Below are positions 29,601 through 43,328 of a stretch of DNA of 64,000 bases, one piece after another. The notes under the pieces are model-generated. The model worked only from the letters and a program-made list of their open reading frames with translations. It did not search any database and was not told the origin of the DNA. Position 1 is the stretch's first letter. Each line of letters starts with the position of its first letter. The DNA is from Catajapyx aquilonaris (taxonomy: Eukaryota): positions 1 to 64,000 of the forward strand of contig KZ537963.1 in the NCBI GenBank assembly GCA_000934665.2, read 5' to 3'. The position numbers and the translations under genes are program-made.

Positions 29601-32600
29601 CTAGGGGAATAAGCCAGCCAAGTTTATGCATTGGTCGTGGCCCCCCCTCCTCTCTTCTACATTAATGTGTAAAAAAGGGGAGGGGGACACACACAAAAAA
29701 GTTAGATGGACGAGGTCATAACCTGTCCAAGGTTTGTATTCAGTTCGTGTAACTTGCACTGTCATCACGACTCAATCCCCGCATGGAATTGCGCCAAAAA
29801 AAGACTGTACCATACACTGCAATAATGCGCACCATTTTTATTATGCAATCCAACAATATATTGCAGGGTGTAATTGAAATGAGAGTAAACAATTCGGGAT
29901 TTATTTTGAGGGCCATTTACCGGAAAAATAGTGCCTTAAAAAACCCCATAAAGAATTCTGTTCCGCCCTCTTTTATCTTCACCTCCACGAAACTGCTAGG
30001 GAAAAAAAGAGAGAGAAAATACACCAAACCAGCAGTTTGTTTAGATACAATGTGTCGTGCCCTTTGAGTTACGTGACATTTTGAATAGCGTGACCCCCAC
30101 CATCCTAGTAACCAATTTGGAACCGCGACCTTCTCGAATTGATGATGTGCGACTTACACAACAGTCTGGGACGTATTTCACTTGAAAAGATCCAGCTTAA
30201 TCTTTGTGAGAAAACCGGACCCCCCACACACACGGAAAGCAGTAATTAACTTCTGTGTAAAGATGGCAAAAGTGTTATACAAGAACTCTTCGAAAGGTTT
30301 GAGCTCTACAGGAAAACCCAGGCGTTATTAATTCATTATGCTTTTCCGTGCCGGTACATCCGTTGTAGCGGCATCCCGCGGTGGAAAAAAGTGGGCTTAT
30401 GAATATTTTAAAATGAACTTAATTAGCTTGCAATTATAACGCGGCCGCAGTTTTGAATGCATAATAGCTAGGTGTACCCTTACTGTAGGCCTACATCAGA
30501 CCACCTTTTTTTCGAAGAAAAAATGGCTACAGACTGACGATGACGGGGTGAATTTTTCACTCACTATAGCAAGTGATTTGAATAAATATGTGATCTGTTG
30601 CAGAATTCATTGGCGTACCACGATAATTTTTAGTGGCAGATAGTTCTTAATAATGTTGGATGAGAAATTAAAGTGCCATCCACTAGCTATTTAAAGCATG
30701 ATGTAACAAAACCTCGAGGGAAGCATATGTTATTATAACCATGGACTGTCCGATAAATTAGCAAAAATTGGCGACACAAAAAGCTCATAATGCACCGCGA
30801 ATATTGACACAGGTGCTTCATGTATTTCAACTAATTTATGAGCTTGCATGAACATAATGTGTGTAAACTATTTTGTTAAGCCTTAAGCCGACATCATTCC
30901 TGACTAAAATAGCATGATGTAAACGTAAAGATTGTCAATAAAATATGCAGAATCTCCCAAAATGGCAAAACTAATGGGAATTGGAGCACTAAGATTAATC
31001 CTCTAGCTTTTGCCTTTCCTCCAAGCAGCAACTGCAACGACATAATAGATTTAAATATCCGATTGTAAGCCCAAGAATTTTGGCTTGAATCCAGCCTCAA
31101 AGAACGTCACTCTGACAGCTGCTACCATGTTGTTTTTTTGTGTGTGTGTCGCGCATCTAAAACAAAAATGCAACCTTGCCCGTCGCGTTCAATTTTGAGA
31201 CTCTTTTACAAAGGATGTTCCGCACTGACCTTGGCGATCCTTGTTTTGCAATTACGGACTATTCTTGCTACACATTGGTCGAATACCGCCTCCTGAAATA
31301 AAACATGAAAATACCTTGATATTAAGTACGTTCAGCACATTTGAAGTGAAAGTGATTAAATTACTATTTTTTTTAATTTATTAAGGAAATGTCTGCTGAT
31401 TCATGAATTAGATCTTATTAGTCCATTTATGACATTTTGAAATTATGTTTAAGGATTTTTATCAATCTCTAAGACCATAATATCTGAATATAAGACAAAT
31501 TTGTGATCATTTGTCATATTAATGCATTATTCATAAGAAATTGTGAATAATTTAGGAATAATTTCTTATGAGTGTTTTTGTGATTTTCTTATTGCGGATT
31601 TATAAACGACTTGTACTTGTAAGTACTCACGTGGAAAGCAATCAGGACTTATGAAAATAGTCTCGCACGCTCCAGTGAATATGCAGGGTCCAAGCTCAAG
31701 TGCTGCGCACACACTACTTGTTGACACATGGAAAGGGCCACAGCAGCCCCTCATCATTGTAAACATCCACAAGTTTGTGTCTGTTTTTTTTGGCTTCCAC
31801 TAGTCTCCCCAGACCATGGAGGTGACATTTTTCAATTCCGCTTGTTCTTTTGCAGCAGCAACTGCTAGTCAGACTAGGCAAGACTTGACTTTTTTTCTCT
31901 CTCTCTCTTTCCAGCTTTTCTTCCGCATTCTTCGGTATGCGAATCAAACACGAGCTTAGGTGGCGAGGAGAGCAAAAGCACTATAAGAGAAGGCATTCCA
32001 AAGCCTCGGAATCCCAGTTGTTATTGCCCTTGTAACCACCTGAGAGCGTCACTCTTTGTCGACATTTTATTGTCCCCTTCTGGATGCCTGACTTCTTAAG
32101 GAGGGGCGGTAATAACATTCACTGTCGCCTGCAATTACTGCCGGGTCCAGGCAGCTGGGTTTTCATGAAGTCAATTAATAGGGGATGCTGATTATTTCAA
32201 CATGTAGCGTGCGGGGACATCAATTATAATAATGTGGTATTTAACAATACTAACTAATGCTTTTTGAATGGCGGTCGCGCGTCAGTCAATCAAGAGTCCG
32301 GTTTTAATTATGGTGTGCTAACGCACGTTCTGTTTTACGTACCATCCTTCATTTCCCCATTTTATTCCCACTTTAAAGGCGTTTCGCAATGATTCAAACC
32401 TATAGGGTCGTATATATACAAATATTTATTATTTGGACACAGTCTCTTAAAGTGACCCAAGAATCGTTATGAAACACACCGTGTACATTTGCTGAAATGA
32501 TTACAGAGAAATAGGTCACATCATAATTTTACTGACATAATGGCATTGTCCATTGTGCATACAAAATTTTTTTGTGAGGTCGTACAACGCAGGTCAAAAT

Positions 32601-34954
32601 AAAATTTGGCCGCCCTATTCTCACCCATGATTAATTCCTGTCAGACTGGCATCCCCCCCCCCCACCTAACAAATTAGATTCTAATCGTGCAAATTTACTC
32701 TACATGGCAAAACAAAGCATGAATATTAAATCCTGTGAGAATAAGTTAATTTCATCCGGCTGGTTGAATCCCCATAATCAAAACGCGTCAAGGTAATGAA
32801 GTCGAGCTTTCGAAAATGCAAACAGCACACGGGCCTCCAACATGCTTTTTCAACTCTATTGCGGCCAGTTCACACATTCCAAGTGAGCTTTAAAAGCTCA
32901 TCTTTAGACGACGAGCTTCAAAAGTTCACTTCTTGATATTATGATCTACCAGATGTGTTTATTTCTAATATCTTCAGGCTTCACAAATTTTTTTGAGTTG
33001 TTTCTTGTAAAAAGAAGCTGCTCTGTGAACCTTCTTTTTTGCCATCTCTTACCCACCAATTGGGTAATTCCTCCCCTATTCTTCCCCTCTCCTTCATTAG
33101 TCGCAGCTTCCTTCTCCTGGCAAAATAACATGCACCCTTCCCCCAAACTCGGGACATTATCTCGGCGCTTGTCTCTGATTAAAATTCTTCCCTCCTAATT
33201 AACGCTGGATGTTGCTTGGGCTTTTATCGCACTGTGGTTACCACCATCAATATCAATAGGGGGGAAATTCTGCGGCTTTTCATGGGGGCGAGAGAGGGGA
33301 GACCTCAGCCGGCACTTTACCCAGGGGCTAAACCGATTTATGGGCAACTTTGCCCCAGCCAGACAGGACAAATCGAACCCATTTGACTTCATTCCCTGTG
33401 CGTGCTTGTCCGAAACTCTTTTTTTTTGGACAGCAACCCGGTTGTTACAGGCTTCATAAGCAACTTATTACTCTAATGATCATGTAAATTTTAATCAGTC
33501 AGCAATCATTGCTTTATGAACGACTTCAAATGGAGATAATAGAGGAATAAAGTATGGGAGGTAAGAAAGTGCAAAAATTTTGCAGGGAGTTTTTTGAATG
33601 ACGACTTCTGCTGGAGGGAATGACATAAGGCTCTTAGGTTGGTGGTGGAACAAATGCCAGATTTTGCCTGGAACAATGTTTCATACTGTGGATCAGGATG
33701 AAAGCTATTTTTTTTCCTCCTGCCTACCCTACCCCACACTTGAATTCTTTGTGGGAAAGAAGCACTTTAGGGTAGTGTTAGTCAGGAAGGATTTGACGTT
33801 GCCAAAATCAGTGCAGAGGATGAAATAATGTTTCGGCATAGATGCAGTATAGCTATATAGTAATACTACTACCGCAAATTTAGTGTATACTGTACAAAAG
33901 TACTACAGTTGTAAAATCAAAAGGCCATTTAATATCAAACGAAATGAGAGAATACTGCACAATTAATTATTGTACGAGTAGTTTAATTTCAAAGCTAACA
34001 AAGTTGAAAGTACCCATTTTAATTTAGTTACATCACGCACTCATGAATTACTATTAGTCCTATATTAATATGCCGGTACCGGTACTTGTTGTACAGAGTG
34101 CTGCAAAAGGTGCGCACTTTCTGCTTTAACTACATCTAACAACACAATTCATCGAGGTGTCAAGAGGATATACAGGGTAATCCCCATTTAAAGTGGCGTG
34201 ACATCATATATTGACACACAAGCTATGATTGCATTTTCAGTTGATTTATTCAATATTCACCCCAATCTCTGACATAAATTTCCCCACATTCACAGTACAT
34301 TCATTGTGAGCTGGTCCCTACTGATAGGTTTCCCGTACCATATTCTCAATCCGGACAGTTGGAAAATATCTTACGCTGATTTTCTCTGGTAAAGCTGCAC
34401 AGTAATGTTCCTAAAATCCAAAAATGACGCCCAATATTACAGTAGTATGAACAACTGACGCCCATTTCTGTAAATTGGTCATGATTTGGCACTTCGATAG
34501 CACAGGAAGTGCACCTGTAATATTTTGAGTGATTCCTCCATCTCCGAGCCTTTCTTATAGAGACACAGCTTCAATGCTTCCGCTGTTTACTCTCCATTTT
34601 AATAGTGCATAGGCTGAATTATTTAGTGCACCGGAGCATGTTCATGCACTTTGCTGGCTGCCGGTCTTCTTTTTTTTTAGGCCAAGTAAAAGCTCCGGGT
34701 CTTAGACCCCCCTAGGGCAGCAGGGGATTTGTTAAAGAGGGAAGTTGGCTCTGCCAAGTGATAATATATTCATCTGCGTATTCACTCGGCACCGAAAGAC
34801 GCCAACTTCAATGAAGCCCCGGTATATTCCGAGGGAGGCGAAAAGCGGAGGTTCTCCGCAAGATTGCACAATTAGGAAGCATTAAGGCAGCAGAAACATT
34901 ACTGATTGTACTCTACCTCCAAATTACCGCATTCAAATGCATATGAACACTCCG

Positions 34955-34955
<1 letters not shown>

Positions 34956-35011
<56 letters not shown>

Positions 35012-35030
35012 CATCATCATCATCATCATC
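34956..35030. repeat. Compound (ATT)18(ATC)7 microsatellite
   Basis: Direct reading. Confidence 0.95.
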
Positions 35031-38000
35031 ATTCCATAATATTTTATAACTTATGTTTTAAGCGATATTCTGCTGACTTGCTGTGAAAAATGTCATCTTG
35101 TTCATGCTAATGAGAGCTAGTGCACTCCTAGACCTAGGTGCTTTTCTATTTGGCAGGACCTATTATTTAGTCTGGTAGTTAGGTGGGAATGGGCGTCGGC
35201 GGGACAGAACCAGTGGTGTGTCCTCCCCCCCCCCTTTCCCCGCATCCCCCACTTTCCCTGTGCTGAAAGTTTGGTTCGATGGAGACAAAACGCTTTTATC
35301 TCTTGGCATGGTTAACGGGCAGCACTCCTGTTCAGCCAGAGGCTCCCAGAAGGCCGTTTATTTACATTCCACTTGTCACGAGTGCGGCATGGAAAGCAAC
35401 GGAGAGCACTTCTCGCCGTAGCCCAAGGAAATACCTGTGCGGCAGAAAAGGGAAGGAAGGAAACGTGAAAAAGGAAGGAAACCCATGCCTGGCAGAACCA
35501 GAAAGTTGCTTCAGGATCCCCCCACACTTTTACTACGGGTTTTTTTTTCTTCGAAATGGAAAGGAACGTCGGTTGGGAATTGCCCTTCCTAACGCTGCCT
35601 CCGATGGCCTGTGTGGTATTTTGCAGGGCTCAAGTATTTTTTGCTATGTATGCAAATAGTGCAGCAGAAACTGGGTAGACATCGACATTTCGTGTTTTGG
35701 TGGTTGGAGCCTGAATTCTCTGCTAATATTGTTTATTTCTCAGCCCATGAATTTTAGCCAAATCAGCTGTTAATATTCACACCTTATGAAACTTCGTCAT
35801 TTCAATAGTAATTAATACCGTATCAGTAAGTATGCGATTATTCATACCTTCAACTTGAAGAGCCAGTCATATCTGTTGAAGCATTACGTCCCTTTCATCC
35901 AATCTGTTTACTATGCAATGATCTGTCAAGTTTCGCTACTCCAATACCAAAAATTTCGGGACATAACAATATTTGCGAATTTGAAAAGCAACGTCCGGAA
36001 GCGACGAAAATGTGAGCAGAAAATGCTGGAGCCATATATATACAAAAAAAAATGTCTCAGGTTTCCAGCTGGGTGTGCTTTCACTCTTGACGTTCCCACG
36101 TTTCAAGAAAGGAAGATAAGCCTGCTCCCTTAAGTGCTCCAGGGACTTGAAAGTCTTGATTTTGCTCTTGTCACTTGCTCCCCAAACGAGAGTTGAAAGT
36201 GTGGCTCGTCATTAACTCTTGCCTTCGATTTTAACTCCGCCCTTTTCCTTCCCATCATACCCGGGTTATACTATACTACCAAAGTTTGCGCGATCAAGAA
36301 ATAGGCTGCGGTTTGGGGGGGCCTCGCGGAAAAGGGGGTCTCCCTATCTCATCGCTTTTGTCTTCTGTCACACTCAAAGTAAATTCGGAAATGTTCCGGA
36401 AGTTTGGGAACCGAGGTGCATGATAGGGAAATCCTACGACCAACAAAGTTCCAATCTACTGCACCTAATTGAAACAGACAGCTGTTTTACATTGGATTCC
36501 GCTTCCAAACGTTTCCGCTCAAACGAACTCCAAATCGCCGATACTGGGGAATCGATTGGTTCCACAGAGTTGGAGTCCAAATTATCAACCCCAATTTTTA
36601 GCTTGTAATTACACAGCGTGGTACAGTACAAGTAAGCAACATATTCATTACATAAATACAGTACACTATCAACCAGTCAACGAGTTTTTTTTTCAATGTG
36701 CTGAAGTGCAGTATCCTACTGAAAGTGACGTACTGTACACTAGATATACACACATGTTGCTTTAGGTGTTGGCAGTCACGATTGTGGGTAATGTGGCTTT
36801 GCGCAGGTGTTTGCTTCCTCCTCTGTGCACGCCGTGCATTTCAGCAACATGTAATAGTTCACCGCAGAGCCTGCGGCACACAGCCCAGAAACTCGAAAAA
36901 CAAGCCCCGGATTGTACGAGCTCTTCCAGTAACTTCTCTAGTGCACGTGCTTTTTGTACTCAACGTATGTACTTTGTACGTGACTATTACAACAAACATG
37001 TTACATGTCCTGTAATGGTGAGACTATACGTAACATTCCAGCGAATTATACAGTATTACCTTTTGGACTTAACGATTTTGTTGAGCAAGAGCCTAAAGGA
37101 ATTTGTAAAATGCTTTTCCGGAAATTCTTGTTTAGACGTGATTTCAACTTCTATTTTCGGGTGTGACTATCGGTGTCGGTGTAAACCGTGTAAAAAGGAC
37201 AACGAAATGTGACAACACACTTACATTTTGTGGGAAGGGTGGATGTACCTCAGTCTCAGCGGCACCCTTTGTGATTCCCTTGTTTACACTCAAAGTTGAG
37301 AAGAGGCCTACAAAAAGAAGAGAAAAAAATGCAGTCAAATCTATTTTTTCCTGGAAACTATAATAAACCCAGCGTTTGGAAGCAAAACAAGAGTTTCTCG
37401 CATTGTTCAGTACAAGGTTCAGTAGTTCTCTCTGAAAAATCAAAACCGCGGTTTGCCATCACAATTATTCATACAAAAATAGACATTATAGCTGTAGTAA
37501 ATTACAGTAAAATATATTAAGCAAACTTCATTGTTGCAATTCACTTATTGCAACAACTGGTTAGTTGCATCAGCACAAACCCTTGGTGATTCTTAGCTTT
37601 CTCTCTCTCTGTGCTGACTCTCTGCTGCAGTCTCCCTGTAAGTTGTTAGCTCGGTTTGTCGTGTACATAAAACGAGTATATTCTGGGTGGAAGGGCAACA
37701 ATACTCGCAGTTGGTAACTTGATTATGCAAACTGCGCCACCTCATCCGCTGTTTCGCTAAGACTGCTGCTTCTCTCTCTCCAAGTTGCGCTTTCGCCTGC
37801 ACAAACCTTTTGGTCGCACTCACTCTGCTAAAACCATGCTGGGTTGGGTGGAGGTGGGGGGGTTCTCAACCATGAACTTTAACCTCCCCCCTACTTCTGA
37901 AGATGTGTGGAGGCCACCGAATATACAGTACGACCCTAAACTTTGGGTGTGCAAAATACAGTCAACCGCGACACGTGTCGTGATGTGTTTAAGGGTCTCC

Positions 38001-41000
38001 GCAGACTTGCAGTTTTGCAGGAAATGTCACCCGGAGCTATGGTTTCATCCTGACCTCGGTTGTAGGAAAGTCAAGGGTTGGAAAGGGGTGGGGTGGGTGG
38101 GTTTGGATGAGGGGGTGAAACAATAGAGCCAACTAACAGGAGAAGTCCTCCTGTCGACTCTTAATGGGTACTCACCTCATAAAATGCAGGGAGGCTGTTT
38201 TGAAACATTTGCGATTCATTACCCCGTTCCTACTCAACAACGCTTTTACAGAGGTAATAAACAGAGCGTTCCAGGAATAAAAGCCACGGCTTTTGGCGGG
38301 GTGAAGTTTTACCCAAAAATTTCCAGGAGGGCCATTGCCAAGAGTCTGAATGAGTGCTGATGTTTCGGGAGGCCAGGATGATAAAATGAGAACTTTGCTG
38401 GAGGAAGAAGAGAGAGAGAGGGAGAAAAAAAGGAAAGTGAATTGGGACACTTCTTACAAATAAGTTTGCTCGCTAGGACCATTTTTAGAGACTATAACCC
38501 ATTGTTGTAGTTTGTTGACTTGCCAAAGGATGAGGGCTTTTCTCTTTGTGTGTGTGTGGCGATGTTGTAAGCAGCATTTGGGCCATCTCTCATGGTTTAT
38601 CAGATACAGATGCCTACAATGCTTCTGTGTTTGATAAACCTTGAGAGAATGATATTCTGCCTAGTAAATTTGCGAATAGTGCATAGTAAAATAATGTGAT
38701 TACATGCAATATTCGCAAATTCACTGGGAAGAATTTCATTATTCGCGTCTTCTCGATTCCTACAATTCTCGAGAACCTTGAGAGATGATATTGAGACAAT
38801 GATACTGATCTAGATTTATTTCTTTGGAAAGGCCTACCAAGCTGGAATAAAAACGAGCCCATCTTAGTAAATGAGTCATCCTCATTTTTTCTGCTCCTCC
38901 CCAAAATTCCTCCAACTCTAATTATGACATCATCCGAACTAATTATTCGCAGGCATTGACTTAAGGCTCCTATAAGAGACATCCCGTCGAGATGGAGCAA
39001 AGACACCCCCACCATTCAAGCCATCAGCTAAGGAATTTCTTGGGAGAGCATTCCGCAGCGTCTTGTTTCCAAAGACGTCCCTACCACACCATCCACTTAA
39101 ACCTCCCCCCAGACTCCCCCGGATAATGTCCAAGTCCGAGCGAATCAACGTAAACTCAGCCTTATGGTTAGGATTGGTGGCAATGGACCAGGGAATGTCC
39201 CCGAAACTAAAGCAATTAAGAGCATTTGCAGCCATTTCCAATTCGGATTGCCTCTCCAAGACGACTCCTCTGAGATCCTTCCCTTTCCAGCATACTGCTT
39301 AAGAAGAAGTAGAGGAAGAAGGCGACATTAGAGAGAAGGCTGTAGGGGCCTACTTTCATTATGACAATGACAACAGTGATTATTCGTGGCAGTATAGCCT
39401 ACTTGTTAGTCCTACTGTTTACAAATTCCCTGCTTTACAGGATCAACCTTGGCCTACATTAAGTGGACGCACAGTACTTAGGCCTACCACATTTTAACAT
39501 ATACACAGTTTTTCACGTAATGACGCACTTGCAGGATGAATTCTGAACCGCACTACAGTATGAGTCAGAACTTCCCCAATATGGTCTTGACCTTACTGCA
39601 CAGCACAAAGCTTTTCTTCATGCCTGCTGCCAGCAACATCACAATGTGCCACTTGCAGGCCTCGTTTTTTCACGCGGATTACACCCCCCTGAATAAGCCC
39701 CACCGAGTTGATACGCCGTAAGAGAGCGTCTCTGACGCGTACCCTCGTGCGTTAATTGAAAAGGCTGCAAGTACCGCCTGCAATCTCCCGGATATAAATC
39801 AGTGGGAATCAGTCATCACCAAGGAAAATACGCAGGGTTAATGAAGACGTACTGTACTTGGCCGTAAATGGAAAAGGGGGTTAGACTTTTGATCCCTAGA
39901 GGGCACCGCAACCAGGCCAGAAAGACTGAAGACAAAGGACGTTGAAAATGGTTTTCCCTCTCTCTCTCTCTGGTGGATGTACCAGCAGACTGATGGTATA
40001 TCAAGTATAAGGGGGGGAAGATGAGGCTCTTCTCTTCTCTTTCCCTTGCCTCCCACCACACACGTGCCAGAACGAAGACTAATTCGCGCCCATTCGTCTA
40101 GGGGGCTATACGTCCATTTTCCGGTGACTGACTAACGCCATTTCTCTCTCTTCCTCTCATCTACTGCTGATGGATCCTTAGGGAACAAGGTTTTCCCAGT
40201 TGGAATTCCTAACTCGCAGGGGACTCGTTTTCCGGGCCTGCTGGGGTGGACATTGGTGGAAGCAGGCCGGTACTCATCCGCTATATTATACCCGACCACG
40301 TGCGTCTACTTATAGCCGCGTCTATAAAGGCCGAGATGGACTAACGAGGGCCATCAATTGTAGGTGAGCCGCATTGATGGAAGTCATAAGTTCGAAATGC
40401 ATATCGAAATATAATATTATAGGTCTATTATATTATACTTTACTAGTTCCGCCTCTCACCCACCAGAGGCGCTCCCTTCTCCCATGGCGCAGGCACCGAA
40501 CGGGGTCCAATCGGAAGCCTCGGTCATACAACGAAGGATTTTAATGTTGTAAATTATATAATATTATACTGGTGAATTCCTTGGCAAAACTGGCAAAAAC
40601 TGCCCCCCTTAGTGTTCATGCACTTGTAGGGCCATATGCCTCTCATAGATGGCGCATCTTTACTCTGCACACTCCTTCCACTCAGGATGAAGCGAGCGGT
40701 TGCGGTACTACCAGCTCGGACAAACAGCAAACGGAAAGACAGAGTCAATTAGTACAATGATAATATGATTATAATACGCGTAATAGTGCATTCCTCTGTA
40801 CCTTTACAATAATTATTCAGACACCTACAGAGCCCTCAAACCTACAATGACGTAATGTAAAATTGCGCTTATTAAGCAACACGAGAACTGGATCGATCAA
40901 TTACGCCGCGCATCTATTCCAATGGTTTCGTGGAATGTCCAGGGTAAGTGACGGGTGACATGAATAACAGCCCCTGTGCATAATTCAAACGACCAGCTTT

Positions 41001-41034
41001 GTTGCAGTCCTTAGTCAACCGCAAGCCACTCGAG

Positions 41035-42378
41035 ATGAAGCGCATCAAATTATTGTTCCAGCACGCCACGACGTTTCCAGGCCGAGTCTACGACGCGTTC
41101 AGGCCACTTGCAATCTTCTGTCGATTGTTGGGGATGTTTCCAGTGCGCGACACCAGAAAGTATCCGTACTCTATAAGGTGGATTTACATGCTGTTGTTTC
41201 CTGTGTACCAAATATCGGCTTGTCTCCTAATGGTGTTTTTCATATACCCAGCATCAGGTTGGGAAGCTTTTTCTTTCAATAATGTGTTCACGACAGTTTC
41301 AACACTGTTAACTTTCAACACGCACATAATACCGTCAGTTATATACCTCACATTAATGGTCGAGTTCAACGCGATAATCCGGGTGCTGGACAAACTGGAC
41401 TCGTTCGACAAGAGAGCTCCAGGCAGCTTTGGTGTCAACCGTCGATCAAGAATCGGAGCTATTGTTGCCAACACTATTCTGATAATAGGAACGATCATGA
41501 AGGCAGCCGCCTTTGTGATTGACGTCAGCTCGAATATCCCATACTTTATCGGCATCCCGTCGTGTTTCTCTCTCCTTCTGGCCATAGAATCCGTGTCCGT
41601 CGTGCCGCAACACTTGGTGTTTTTCTCCGAGGCGATCCGGCATCGATTTGCGTTAATCAACCTGAACATCCGAAGGGTCACAGGCAGCCTTCGACGTCCG
41701 TTTATTCACGACCTTTCGGATAAGGAGACAATGCTGCCGAACCGTTTGATGGCCAGCTCCCTATCAGAGTTAGGTGGAGCTTACGACGAACTTTGCGAAA
41801 TTTTAGCGTCCATTAATCAAACGTACGGCCTCTCCGCCGCATTTTACTACCTGAATTTACTAATTTTCCTGGTGGCCAGAGGGTCCATTCTGATCATCCT
41901 GGACGACAACTCTGTGAAGCTGCGGATGTACAATAATGTCGGATTGTTCTTTCAAATGGCTGCCTTGGTGTATGTCACCTGCACTTTGGAGAGGCTTCCC
42001 AGAGAGGTTATGGTGACAGAGGGATTTATTGCAGTATACTCAACCTGATTAATTTTTCCAGGCCAGAAGCGAAGTTATTCACTTGAGAAGAATATATATG
42101 CCATCATTAGACTGGAGGACACGCATGACTGTACAAAGCCTGATTGAAAAGATGACTCAAGAGCAGCAGGAAATTTCGGCTTGGTTCTTTCGCATCAGAA
42201 GTGGCATTATAACCACTGTTAAGTTATAAGCAGATTACAAACTTTGTAGGTGCGTGTAAATAATGTTTCATTTCAGATTGCGGGCTCTATAGCGACTTAC
42301 CTTATCGTCCTGGCGCAATTCAAAGGAAGTGGTAACCACGGTGGTAACTATTGCAAATGCAATGGGACCTCAATTTAA
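41035..42378 (+). CDS. Gustatory receptor (7TM chemoreceptor family), cluster copy 1, ~409 aa, 3 coding exons
   Basis: Exons 41035-42006 (324 codons, ends LERLPRE|gttatg), 42062-42217 (ttttccag|; 52 codons ARSEVIHLRRIYMPSLDW...ISAWFFRIRSGIITT|gttaag) and 42277-42378 (tttcag|IAGSIATYLIVLAQFKGSGNHGGNYCKCNGTSI*). Both introns are GT-AG phase 0 (55 and 59 nt). Multiple hydrophobic segments, an N-terminal LLGMFP motif and the TYxxxxxQF TM7 signature of arthropod Grs. Family is recognised, orthology is not. Confidence 0.9.
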
Positions 42379-43328
42379 AATGGGAGTAATTAGGCCAGCA
42401 GGAGTGGATTCGTATGCCTCACTCATCCGCAACACTAACCTACACTTGGAAAACTTTGTAAATGGTCAGATGAACAGGACATGGCACAAAAGAAAAATTA
42501 GGCCAGTTGGAAATCCATGCATGTTCATGCATTATGCTGAAAGAATAGTTAAATATTTCAAAAGGGGTGTTTCGCTGAACGTGGCCATCAAGTGTGCTCA
42601 GTTGGAAAAGGCTGGACCTCACTGGTTCGTACAGCCCAATTAAAATATGCTACGGCTATTATTGTAGCGAAATGAATCTCATTATATTATTACTGGCAGA
42701 TTCTGAATGTATAATATTTAAGGAAAGAGATATACTGAAAATGTACATACGTAGATGGTGTAATGATACAAACCCGCATTAAATTTTTAATCCGTGTGGT
42801 GCACGTATCTGTACATTTGAAGCAAAATATATAAACAAATCAATAGCTATTTTGAGCAGCCTCTTTATATTCATGCTCTCAGTGACAGATCCGCACCATA
42901 ATTATTCAAACCATTCCCACATACATCCCACATATCAAAAATCATTCGTTTTTTTTGCAGTTCCCTCTCACTTTTGTTTGTTACCAGAAAGCGGTGTCAA
43001 CATGTTTTTCGCTTTGATGCAACGGGCGTTCATCCATCATGCCATCAATCGGATGATACAAATCCCAACTTGCTTGTAATAGACACAAAGCCGATAAATC
43101 CTTCACATTAAAGAAACGCCATTCCTCCACCCTTTGATCTGAAGTCAACAAGGAGGCTCGGACGTAAGTTTTAACACGAATAAAAAAAACAGGGATCCAT
43201 GAATCATTCATCGGGTCACTTCACCCATAAATCTCATCGGTCAATACATCTGCACTGTAATGCCTTTAAAAAGTTAACGTACTGTACTGGCGATGGTATA
43301 CCGATTTTTCCGGGCAGTAGACCTCAAA

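Noticed and set aside
2400..39302. ORFs of 100-170 aa in the left non-coding region (e.g. 2407-2883, 14178-14615, 18221-18727, 23182-23613, 36766-37212)
   Set aside because: Low-complexity F/S/P/L-rich translations of pyrimidine tracts or random-looking peptides, with no family motifs and no coherent exon chain.
40443..40471. CTAG next to a CGCCTCT/AGAGGCG hairpin resembling a Helitron 3' end
   Set aside because: The hairpin is only 3 nt from CTAG and I found no matching 5'-TC terminus; it could be chance.
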